A program made the position numbers and the translations under genes. Positions 9,563 through 16,835 of a stretch of 37,552 nucleotides of DNA are shown one piece after another. The stretch comes from Bacteroidota bacterium. Its GTDB lineage: Bacteria > Bacteroidota > Rhodothermia > Rhodothermales > UBA10348. The stretch covers positions 1 through 37,552 of the forward strand of contig JACZYK010000001.1 in NCBI GenBank assembly GCA_022571135.1, in the 5' to 3' direction. Under the pieces are notes generated by a model that saw only the letters and a list, made by a program, of their open reading frames with translations, ran no database searches and was not told the DNA's origin. The first letter of the stretch is position 1. Each line of letters begins with the position of its first letter.

Positions 9563-10507
9563 ATGTCTAAAAGAAAATCAGCGTTAGGAAAGGGACTGGG
9601 AGCCTTGCTCCCCGCTGAGGCCTCGGGAGAGGAAGACGGTTCAGATATTTCGAAAATCAGACTGTACAATTTCGATGATCGCATCCGGGCGGCAGGCCGG
9701 GTTTCGGAAATTGAGATGAATCTGATCGATCCTAATCCTTTCCAGCCGCGATCGGATTTCGATGAAGACTCCCTGGATGAACTGGCGGCTTCGATTCAAC
9801 AACTTGGAATCATACAGCCCATTACCGTCAGGGCGGTTCGGCTCGGTCGATACGAGATAATTGCCGGCGAGCGGCGACTTCGTGCAGCGCAGCGGGCGAA
9901 TCTGACCCGTATCCCGACATTTGTCCGGGAGGCGGATTCGGAGGCGATGCTGGAAATGGCCCTTGTCGAAAATGTTCAACGCCAGTCGCTCAACCCGATC
10001 GAGATCGCCATGGGCTACCAGAGACTCATCGACGAGTGTGGGCTGATACAGGACCAGGTTGCTGAAAAGGTCAGCAAGAATCGAACAACTGTTGCGAATT
10101 TTCTACGGCTCCTGCGCCTCCCGCCAAAGGTGCAGGCTGCACTGAGAGACGGAACCGTATCGACCGGTCATGCCCGTGCACTCATTTCGCTGGAATCCGA
10201 AAAGGACCAGCTCAGCGTACTGGCACGAATTATCAGGGACGGCCTCTCCGTCAGAGCGGTGGAAGAGCGCGTTCGCACGATTCTGGAAGAAGACCAAGAG
10301 AAGAAACCATCCGCCAGAAAGCGGGCATCGATTAAGGTTGTTCCAATCGAGAGCCCCGAACTCAGAGCGATCAGAGATCGCCTGCGCATCACCTACGGTA
10401 CGCAGATTTCTATCAAATCGGCCGCTAACAAGAAAGGGGGGCGCATCGAGGTGGAATATTATTCGGATGACGACCTGGAGCGAATTGTCGAACTCATGCT
10501 TCGTTAG
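9563..10507 (+). CDS. parB: Chromosome partitioning protein ParB/Spo0J
   Basis: N-terminal ALGKGLGALL, NPFQPR, GERRLRAA CTPase motif and HTH region. ATG at 9563. Confidence 0.96.
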   Translation: MSKRKSALGKGLGALLPAEASGEEDGSDISKIRLYNFDDRIRAAGRVSEIEMNLIDPNPFQPRSDFDEDSLDELAASIQQLGIIQPITVRAVRLGRYEIIAGERRLRAAQRANLTRIPTFVREADSEAMLEMALVENVQRQSLNPIEIAMGYQRLIDECGLIQDQVAEKVSKNRTTVANFLRLLRLPPKVQAALRDGTVSTGHARALISLESEKDQLSVLARIIRDGLSVRAVEERVRTILEEDQEKKPSARKRASIKVVPIESPELRAIRDRLRITYGTQISIKSAANKKGGRIEVEYYSDDDLERIVELMLR

Positions 10508-10568
10508 GCCGTTACGGTCCGGCGGACTACTTTTCGGGATTCCGGTCGCCACGTGGAAGCTCGTGGTC

Positions 10569-11126
10569 ATGCTGCTTTTTGCGACCGGCCTGTCTCCGTC
10601 CTGTCTGGCTCAGAATACGGCAGATAGTGAGGATGCACTTCACTCTCCACACGGTGCTCTCCGCAGAGCCGCGGCTCTGCCCGGCTGGGGACAGATTTAT
10701 AATGCCCAGTATTACAAGCTCCCGATCCTTTACGGAGCACTCGGGGGCCTCGTCGTGACGTATATAAATCTCAACGACGACTATCAGCTATACAAACGGG
10801 CGTTTCAGTACAAGGCATTTCAGGAGAAGGTAGACTCCGGGCAGATCGAAGTGAACCCGAAAGCGGACTTCAAAGCATCCTACGAGAGACTGTCGGCTGA
10901 ATTCGGTCCGATATCGTCGAGACCGCTCGAGTCCAGGCGAGATAACCTCCGCCGAAACCGTGACCTGACGCTTCTCAGCGTCGGCCTCCTCTACAGCCTG
11001 TCGATTCTGGATGCATTCGTAAGTGCCCACCTGTTGGATTTCGACGTGGACGATAATCTGGCGATAGAAATCGCTCCGATCCCGCGTGGAATTTCCCTTA
11101 GAGTCCGAATCCCCATCGGCCAATAA
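10569..11126 (+). CDS. DUF5683-like membrane/exported protein
   Basis: HSP..A..AAALPGWGQIYN.QYYKLPI and DAFVSAHL..FDV motifs. Position after parB is typical for this family in Bacteroidota. Start uncertain. Confidence 0.75.
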   Translation: MLLFATGLSPSCLAQNTADSEDALHSPHGALRRAAALPGWGQIYNAQYYKLPILYGALGGLVVTYINLNDDYQLYKRAFQYKAFQEKVDSGQIEVNPKADFKASYERLSAEFGPISSRPLESRRDNLRRNRDLTLLSVGLLYSLSILDAFVSAHLLDFDVDDNLAIEIAPIPRGISLRVRIPIGQ

Positions 11127-11245
11127 TCATGGGAAGGAATCACGCAGAAATCATAGCCGGAAACCGAACGGTACGTTGAGCATTAGTGTTAGCCTTGCTC
11201 GTCGTCAAAACCCACTTGGCGGCCAGAATCAGTGATCTTCAACGC

Positions 11246-11263
11246 GTTTAGGACTTCCTAAAC
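11246..11263. promoter_or_regulatory. Perfect palindromic operator candidate GTTTAGGA-CT-TCCTAAAC
   Basis: 8-bp perfect inverted repeat about 90 nt upstream of the SPT-like gene. The core TTAGG-N4-CCTAA resembles DtxR/SirR/MntR-family boxes. Confidence 0.5.
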
Positions 11264-11355
11264 AGTTTGAATGTATATTTTCTCGTCGGTGTAACCCAAG
11301 GGCCCGATTCGAATAGCTCACACCGTCGCCTCTTTCAGTATCCGGGGCACGTTAT

Positions 11356-12654
11356 ATGACGCCTGAAGGCTACCCTAAACCGGAGTCCACTGCGGAAGAC
11401 GGTGAAATCCAGGTCACCGCGGTGAAGGACCCGTTTCTCTTCAAAAAATGCCATCAGTTTTTCGATCCAAGCGAAATCTATTCACAGATTCAGGCTGCGG
11501 GTCTATATCCGTACTTCAGGCCGATCGAGCGAAATGACGGTACGCGCGCCATCATGAATGGGCGTGAAGTCATCATGGCTGGCTCGAACAATTACCTCGG
11601 CCTACTCTCGGATCCAAGAGTGCTGGAGGCAGCCGAAAAAGCGATTCACAAATACGGTACGGGTTGTACGGGTAGCCGATTCCTGAACGGCACCCTCGAT
11701 ATTCACATCGAATTGGAGGAGCGTCTCTCCCATTTCATGGGCCGCGATGCCTGCGTCCTGTTTTCGACGGGTTATATGACGAATATGGGTGTCATCCAGG
11801 CATTGGCTGGAAAGGGGGATCTGATTTTCTCCGACAAGGATAATCACGCCTGCATCGTCGCGGGTACTCAGGTCAGCCTCGCCGATACGATCCGGTTCCG
11901 ACATAACGATCTGGAACATCTGCGCAAGGTTATCGAGAAGGCGCAGGAAGAGCGTCCGGATGCGGGTAAACTGATCGTCTCGGATGGCGTGTTCTCGATG
12001 AGCGGGACCATCGCCGATGTGCCCGGATTGCTTGGACTGGCTGAGGAATTCGGCGCCGCACTTATGCTCGACGACGCTCATGCAGTCGGCGTAATTGGTC
12101 CCGGAGGACATGGAAGTGCGGCTCATTTTGGACTTCAGGACGGGGTGCATCTGACAACGGGGACTTTTTCAAAGAGCTTTGCTTCTCTGGGCGGATTCGT
12201 CGTTGGCGACGCCGATGTAATCGGATACATCCGCCATATGAGTTCCACCCATATCTACAGCGCTTCCATGCCCCCTGCCAGCGTAGCAACGGTTCTTAAG
12301 TGCCTTGATATTCTGGTGAAAGAACCAGAGCGTGTCGAGAGGCTCCGAGAGATCTCGGACTATATGAGGGATGGATTCAGAAATGCGGGCTTTAATGTCT
12401 GGACGAGCCTGGCACCGATCATTTCCGTTGAGGCCGGCGATATGAAAACCTGCTTCCTCATGTGGAAGGATTTGCTTGAGGAGGGAGTGTTCGTGAACGC
12501 CGTAGTTCCTCCGGCCGTACCCCAGGGCCAGTCGGTGTTGAGAACTTCCTACATGGCCACGCATACGGACGATGACCTCGACTTTATTCTGGGAGCATTC
12601 AGAAAAGTCGGAAGAAAGTATGGTACGCTGATCAACAACGGGATGCCCGAATAG
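11356..12654 (+). CDS. spt: PLP-dependent alpha-oxoamine synthase, serine palmitoyltransferase-like
   Basis: GSNNYLGL, YGTGCTGSRFLNGTLDIH, DNHAC, DGVFSM, DDAH and PLP lysine in GTFSKS. The GSRFLNGT segment is typical of bacterial SPT. Substrate not provable from sequence. Confidence 0.75.
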   Translation: MTPEGYPKPESTAEDGEIQVTAVKDPFLFKKCHQFFDPSEIYSQIQAAGLYPYFRPIERNDGTRAIMNGREVIMAGSNNYLGLLSDPRVLEAAEKAIHKYGTGCTGSRFLNGTLDIHIELEERLSHFMGRDACVLFSTGYMTNMGVIQALAGKGDLIFSDKDNHACIVAGTQVSLADTIRFRHNDLEHLRKVIEKAQEERPDAGKLIVSDGVFSMSGTIADVPGLLGLAEEFGAALMLDDAHAVGVIGPGGHGSAAHFGLQDGVHLTTGTFSKSFASLGGFVVGDADVIGYIRHMSSTHIYSASMPPASVATVLKCLDILVKEPERVERLREISDYMRDGFRNAGFNVWTSLAPIISVEAGDMKTCFLMWKDLLEEGVFVNAVVPPAVPQGQSVLRTSYMATHTDDDLDFILGAFRKVGRKYGTLINNGMPE

Positions 12655-12688
12655 GCCGAACGGTAATGCCCGATGATCGAAAATTTAG

Positions 12689-12719
12689 AAAGGGGCTGTC
12701 CATCAGGACGGCCCCTTTT
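12689..12719 (+). terminator. Intrinsic terminator after the SPT-like gene
   Basis: AAAGGGGCTGTCC-ATCA-GGACGGCCCCTTTT hairpin with T-tract. Confidence 0.8.
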
Positions 12720-12725
12720 CTTGGA

Positions 12726-12776
12726 CCCGTTTACGGGCGGCTTCAGGACACTTTCGAGTAGCGTTAACAGGGCCTT
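12726..12776 (-). repeat. Partial copy (left end) of the MITE-like element
   Basis: Reverse complement AAGGCCCTGTTAACGCTACTCGAAAGTGTCCTGAAGCCGCCCGTAAACGGG aligns with about 9263-9313. Confidence 0.75.
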
Positions 12777-12873
12777 GTTCCAACTCTCGGATATCCCTCC
12801 TATTTTACTTGTCCAGATAGGCAGACTGTAACTGCCTTCTCTTTTCTCATCGAGGTCGGGCAATACTCCTGAT

Positions 12874-14013
12874 ATGCAGACACCCGTGATCACTCGTGTA
12901 AAGTCAAGACTAGACCGCAAAGCGTTCATCGATCTTCCGTATCGGATCTACGCGGACAATCCGAAGTGGGTACCCCCACTGAGAGTGGATACCGCGCACA
13001 TCCTCAGTCCAAAAAAAAACGCCTTCTTCGATCATGGAGATATGGCTTTATTCCTGGCTCGAAGCACCTCCGGTGAAGTGGTGGGTAGGATCGGTGCGAT
13101 CGTAAACGGAATGCACCTGAAGAAATACGAGGACGGCGCAGGTTTCTTCGGCTTCTTCGAAACGGTCGACGATCGAGTGGTTTCAGCGGCGCTATTCGAT
13201 ATCGCCGCGGCATGGCTTCGCGAAAAAGGCCTGGTAAGCATGCGCGGACCCGCGAGCCCTTCTCTGAACGATACCTCGGGGCTACTCATCGAGGGCTTCG
13301 AACGACAGCCTGCAATTCTCATGGCGTACAATGCACCCTACTATGAGCGATTGCTACTCGAATACGGATTCGAACGCGTCATGACCATGTGGTCCTACTA
13401 CTCCAATTCCCGAATCATTGACGATTCCCGCCTGTTCAGGGGAGCCGATATCGTTCGGCGGCGCAATCCAGGCCTCACCCTCAGAGAAGTCGATATGGAC
13501 CGATTCGACGAGGAAGCGAACGATCTCCGTGAGATCTACAACGACGCATGGTCCGACAACTGGGGTTTCGTCTCGATGACGGATCGCGAGTTCTCCCAGA
13601 TGGCCAAGGAGCTGAAACAGATCATCAATCCAAAACTCTTGACCATCATTGAGGACGATGGCGTTCCGATCGCTTTCTGTGTGACTATACCCGACATGAA
13701 TTATGCCCTCAAGACGATTCCGAACGGCCGTCTGCTTCCGTTCGGGATTTTCAAACTGATGTTCCTGCAAAAGATGGGTGTCATTCGCGAAATCCGAATG
13801 CCGTTGATGGGTGTCCGGAAGAAATACCACGGCCGGGGACTCGATGCATGGCTCGTTGCCGATATGACCGAACGAGCGAGAGAATCCGGCGTGCTAGGCT
13901 GCGAAATGAGTTGGGTTCTGGACGACAACCTGAGACTCATAAATTTCCTGGAGTCCATTGGCGCCGTGAAAGAAAACGAGTACGGACTGTTCGAAAAGAA
14001 GATCGAAGCATGA
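12874..14013 (+). CDS. YghO-like double-GNAT acyltransferase, probable bacterial ceramide synthase (bCerS-like)
   Basis: FIDLPYRIY..NPKWVPPL, VVGRIGA, GFFGFFE, MRGP, YNAPYY, IYNDAWSDNWGFV and EMSWVLDDN. Lies next to the SPT-like gene. Confidence 0.7.
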   Translation: MQTPVITRVKSRLDRKAFIDLPYRIYADNPKWVPPLRVDTAHILSPKKNAFFDHGDMALFLARSTSGEVVGRIGAIVNGMHLKKYEDGAGFFGFFETVDDRVVSAALFDIAAAWLREKGLVSMRGPASPSLNDTSGLLIEGFERQPAILMAYNAPYYERLLLEYGFERVMTMWSYYSNSRIIDDSRLFRGADIVRRRNPGLTLREVDMDRFDEEANDLREIYNDAWSDNWGFVSMTDREFSQMAKELKQIINPKLLTIIEDDGVPIAFCVTIPDMNYALKTIPNGRLLPFGIFKLMFLQKMGVIREIRMPLMGVRKKYHGRGLDAWLVADMTERARESGVLGCEMSWVLDDNLRLINFLESIGAVKENEYGLFEKKIEA

Positions 14014-14720
14014 GCAACCTTTCGTTTGTCTACTTCGACCTGGACGACACGCTTCTAGACCACAAACAAGCAGAGCGCCAAGCACTCGAAGATCTGTACG
14101 ATCAATACCGAGGCTGCCTCGGCTCAAATGGTCTTTCCTCGCTCCAGGATATGTACGCCGAGATAAATGCCGACGTGTGGAAACGATACGGCGCCGGCGA
14201 AATCGACAAGGTGCGGGCCAAACTGGAGCGTTTTGAACTATTGCTGGCAAGACTTGGTCTCGACGACGCTAGCGATGCAGGCGAACTGAGCGCGTTCTAT
14301 CTGTCGAGATACTCCAACCACTGGTCCTTCTTGCCCGGAGCCAGTGAGGCATATCAGAGCATCGCGAATCGACTGCCGGTCGGTATCCTCACTAACGGTT
14401 TCATTGAGATTCAGCATGCCAAGCTGAGGCAGTTTCCCGAGATTGAGCGTGCTGCCCGAGCCATTGTAATCAGTGAGGAGGTCGGATACTTGAAGCCGGA
14501 TCCTAAGATATTCGACCATGCGACGAAACTGGCAGACTGTGCACGGGAGGAAATCCTTTTCGTGGGGGATTCTCTCCGCTCCGACGTGCTAGGCGGTCTG
14601 AGAGCCGGATGGAGGGTGGCGTGGTTTACACAGGCGGAGGATGGACCAAGGGATGCATTCAGGTTCTGCTCATGGGACCAACTCCTCGATCGTATCGCCA
14701 CGCGCAGAAAGTCTTCTTAG
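14010..14720 (+). CDS. HAD-superfamily hydrolase (YjjG-like nucleotidase/phosphatase)
   Basis: FDLDDTLLD, LTNG, KPDPKIF and VGDSLRSDVLGG. ATGA overlap with the upstream gene suggests translational coupling. Confidence 0.9.
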   Translation: MSNLSFVYFDLDDTLLDHKQAERQALEDLYDQYRGCLGSNGLSSLQDMYAEINADVWKRYGAGEIDKVRAKLERFELLLARLGLDDASDAGELSAFYLSRYSNHWSFLPGASEAYQSIANRLPVGILTNGFIEIQHAKLRQFPEIERAARAIVISEEVGYLKPDPKIFDHATKLADCAREEILFVGDSLRSDVLGGLRAGWRVAWFTQAEDGPRDAFRFCSWDQLLDRIATRRKSS

Positions 14721-14722
14721 AG

Positions 14723-15373
14723 CTATAGACCTAAACGGTTCAACAGATAGTCGATCCGGCTTCTCCACCCGAGTCCATAACCGTACCTATCTGCGGTTCC
14801 ACGTCCGAAGTGTTCTACGTATTCCTCTACGGGGTAAGAACAGATTCGCCATCCATTTCTGGCCGCATCGATGCAGTTCTTCAGAACCGGTAGTCCGTGG
14901 TGTTCGAACGGCGCGAGCAACTCGTATTTCTCTTTTCTGATCAACATGAAGGCTGAAACCGGAACGGGTGTACCTGCTGTGGCGGCAAAGCCCCTTCTAT
15001 TCACCGTTACAATCTTTCCGACGGCATAACACATTGAATCTTCCGTCATCATCTTCGTCATCGCCTCGAGAAAGCCCCCACTTTTCGTGCGGGTATCGCT
15101 GTCAAAAACGTACACAAACGGGGTCTTGCTGCTCCGGATCGCCTGATCCATGGCAGGGCCGTGATACAGGTTCTCCGCATTCCGAATGAGGGTTATCGAA
15201 TCCGGAAAGGCGGCCTGAAGTGTTTTGATGCACTCGAACGAGTCATCCATCGAGCCGTTCTCGACGACAATTAGCGGGACGTCCCGATAGTATTTCCTGA
15301 ACGATCGGACAGCATCGGTCAGGAGATCCGGGGTCTGATAATTGATGACGGCTGCTGTAACGAGCCCCTGCAT
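14723..15373 (-). CDS. Glycosyltransferase family 2 protein
   Basis: VINYQT, IVVENGSMDDS, N..HGPAMDQAI and DXD motif FDSD. ATG at 15373 follows a purine-rich RBS-like stretch. Confidence 0.85.
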   Translation of the reverse strand: MQGLVTAAVINYQTPDLLTDAVRSFRKYYRDVPLIVVENGSMDDSFECIKTLQAAFPDSITLIRNAENLYHGPAMDQAIRSSKTPFVYVFDSDTRTKSGGFLEAMTKMMTEDSMCYAVGKIVTVNRRGFAATAGTPVPVSAFMLIRKEKYELLAPFEHHGLPVLKNCIDAARNGWRICSYPVEEYVEHFGRGTADRYGYGLGWRSRIDYLLNRLGL

Positions 15374-15403
15374 TGCTGACCCTTTCCTGAATCGAACCGG
15401 CAC

Positions 15404-15436
15404 AAAACAAAAAAAGCCACTCTCTAAGAGTAGCTT
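15404..15436 (-). terminator. Intrinsic terminator ending the large non-coding transcript
   Basis: Minus strand AAGCTACTCT-TAG-AGAGTGGCTT followed by TTTTTGTTTT. The G-U wobble works only on the minus strand. Confidence 0.8.
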
Positions 15437-16480
15437 CCTTTGCTTCCCGACGCGCGGACCTCCCCTGGCTTGAATCTTCCACCGAAGTGGCCGAGCCGAA
15501 CCAGTTGAATGGGAGGTTCGGGTCTCTATGGTTTCCGACTTTCCGGTTTCCCGGACCATCGGTGACGTATTCCACCCTTGCGAGTTTCCTACGTAATGCC
15601 TTCGTCGTGTGGGCACACGGCGGAGACAGTTCGCCCACGAACACTCCCACATGTTTCTTCCACTCTCCCGAAGGATTGCTTCCGTCGCACACGGCTGTGT
15701 GTTTCTTCCACGACTCCGAAGAATCGTTTCCGTCGCACACGGTTGTGTGTTTCTTCCGCTCTCCCGAGGGATTGCTTCCGTCGCACGCTGCTATGTGTTT
15801 CTTCCACGGCTCCGAAGAACCGTTTCCGTCGCACACGGTTGCGTGTTTCTTCCACGGCTCCGAAGAACCGTTTCCGTCGCACACGGTTGTACGTTTCGTC
15901 CACTCTCCCGAAGGATCGCTTCCGTCCCGTACGCCCTGCGTTTCTTCCGCTTTCCCGAAGGATAGCTTCCGTCGCGCACGGCCTCTCTTCCCTTCTGCCA
16001 GCGGCTCCGAAAAGCACTGTCAGCGTGTAGAGAAGAGGTTCGCTTCGCCCGTTTTTCGGTCCGCTTCTTTCCCCGAAATCGGCCAAAGCCGACTGCGGTT
16101 CCATCAGCAGTCCAACGGGCTCAGCCCCCGCCGGTCCAGAACTTAACGCCGGGACGTGTCCATTCCAGTTTCCAGCGAGACTTACTCACCCTTTACATCT
16201 TCCGCGATCGCCGAAGCTTTCGCTTCCGTTGCATCAAGCCACCTTCCGCCTTCCTCCGGTCACTTGCCTCTGACTTCCGAATCTTTCGACTCTTCCACCA
16301 TTGACATCACGGGGGACTGCTTCCGGTGCGATCCGACTCCAGTCGGATACTCTCGAGAAGTATAAGACCTTCATCGCCGGTCGGAGCGGTTAGTGTCGTC
16401 ATGATCTTTCGATCACGTGCGGGCCAACCTCATGCAGCCTAGAGACTCAGTCACGTCAAGGAACGGTGCCGTCAGGCACT
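15409..16480 (-). ncRNA. Putative large (~1.07 kb) structured non-coding RNA, family not recognised
   Basis: Bounded by a consensus sigma70 promoter and an intrinsic terminator, with no credible ORF. Shows GAAA/GCAA/UUCG-capped hairpins, pairing of 5' and 3' ends, covarying tandem hairpin modules and strong GGAA strand bias. Confidence 0.75.
15649..15983 (-). repeat. Seven tandem ~48-nt hairpin modules inside the ncRNA
   Basis: Units start at 15649, 15697, 15745, 15793, 15841, 15889 and about 15936. Minus-strand consensus is GTGTG-CGACGGAA-[stem-TTCG-stem]-GGAAGAAA-CACAC. Confidence 0.93.
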
Positions 16481-16486
16481 GGACGT

Positions 16487-16515
16487 ATTATATTCCTATA
16501 TGGTACTGATGTCAA
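16487..16515 (-). promoter_or_regulatory. Perfect-consensus sigma70 promoter TTGACA-N17-TATAAT
   Basis: Minus strand TTGACA (16515-16510), spacer TCAGTACCATATAGGAA, TATAAT (16492-16487). Predicted +1 near 16480. Confidence 0.88.
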
Positions 16516-16532
16516 TAGCAACGACATTCTGG

Positions 16533-16564
16533 AAGTCCACAAAGAGTTCACACAGATATCCACA
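16533..16564. promoter_or_regulatory. Three co-oriented DnaA-box-like nonamers just upstream of the promoter
   Basis: AAGTCCACA, GTTCACACA and ATATCCACA have 3, 2 and 1 mismatches to TTWTNCACA. Confidence 0.35.
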
Positions 16565-16636
16565 GCGGGGTTGACAGACCGAATGAGCGAGTGTGAATCT
16601 GTCCGGCGACCGGTTATCGGCGACGGGCAGAAGTGC

Positions 16637-16667
16637 AAAAAGCCCGACCGTTAACGACCGAGCTTTT
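16637..16667 (-). terminator. Intrinsic terminator downstream of the rhomboid gene, insulating the ncRNA promoter
   Basis: Minus strand GCTCGGTCG-TTAA-CGGTCGGGC-TTTTT, a stem with G-U pairs. Confidence 0.7.
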
Positions 16668-16835
16668 CGCTGCCCATTGTCACTACGCGACCGAGAGATC
16701 CCGTTCTCGGGATGCATTCCAGGCGGCATGATTGGACGCTAAGATAAGTCGATCTATTTCCATTAGCAAAAAACAATAACGGATTAACCCGTTCCTTGGC
16801 GAAACAGCATCAAGAAGGGGGGAATACAATAACGG

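Noticed and set aside
10545..10560. parS site near parB (CCACGTGGAA); similar partial matches near 860 and 8205
   Set aside because: Only about 10 of 16 positions match TGTTTCACGTGAAACA and the arms are not palindromic
10170..10568. Long N-terminal extension of the DUF5683 ORF, and similar upstream extensions of the HAD, GT2, rplI, prfA and USP ORFs
   Set aside because: They overlap neighbouring genes or regulatory regions and lack family similarity; downstream starts fit better
15649..15983. CRISPR array
   Set aside because: The units are contiguous 48-nt tandem repeats. The variable parts are short self-complementary stems of two recurring subtypes, not unique spacers, and there are no cas genes in the window.
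15243..16146. Repeat-protein ORFs in several frames (15487-16146 +, 15578-16030 +, 15589-16104 -, 15243-15884 -)
   Set aside because: The frames stay open because the 48-nt unit lacks stop codons. There is no recognisable domain, and substitutions preserve base pairing rather than amino acids.
15409..16480. RNase P RNA, tmRNA, rRNA fragment or group II intron
   Set aside because: By eye there is no GAGGAAAGUCC RNase P core, no tRNA-like ends with CCA, no rRNA signature, and no GUGYG 5' end with a domain V or an RT/maturase ORF. An Rfam scan is still needed.
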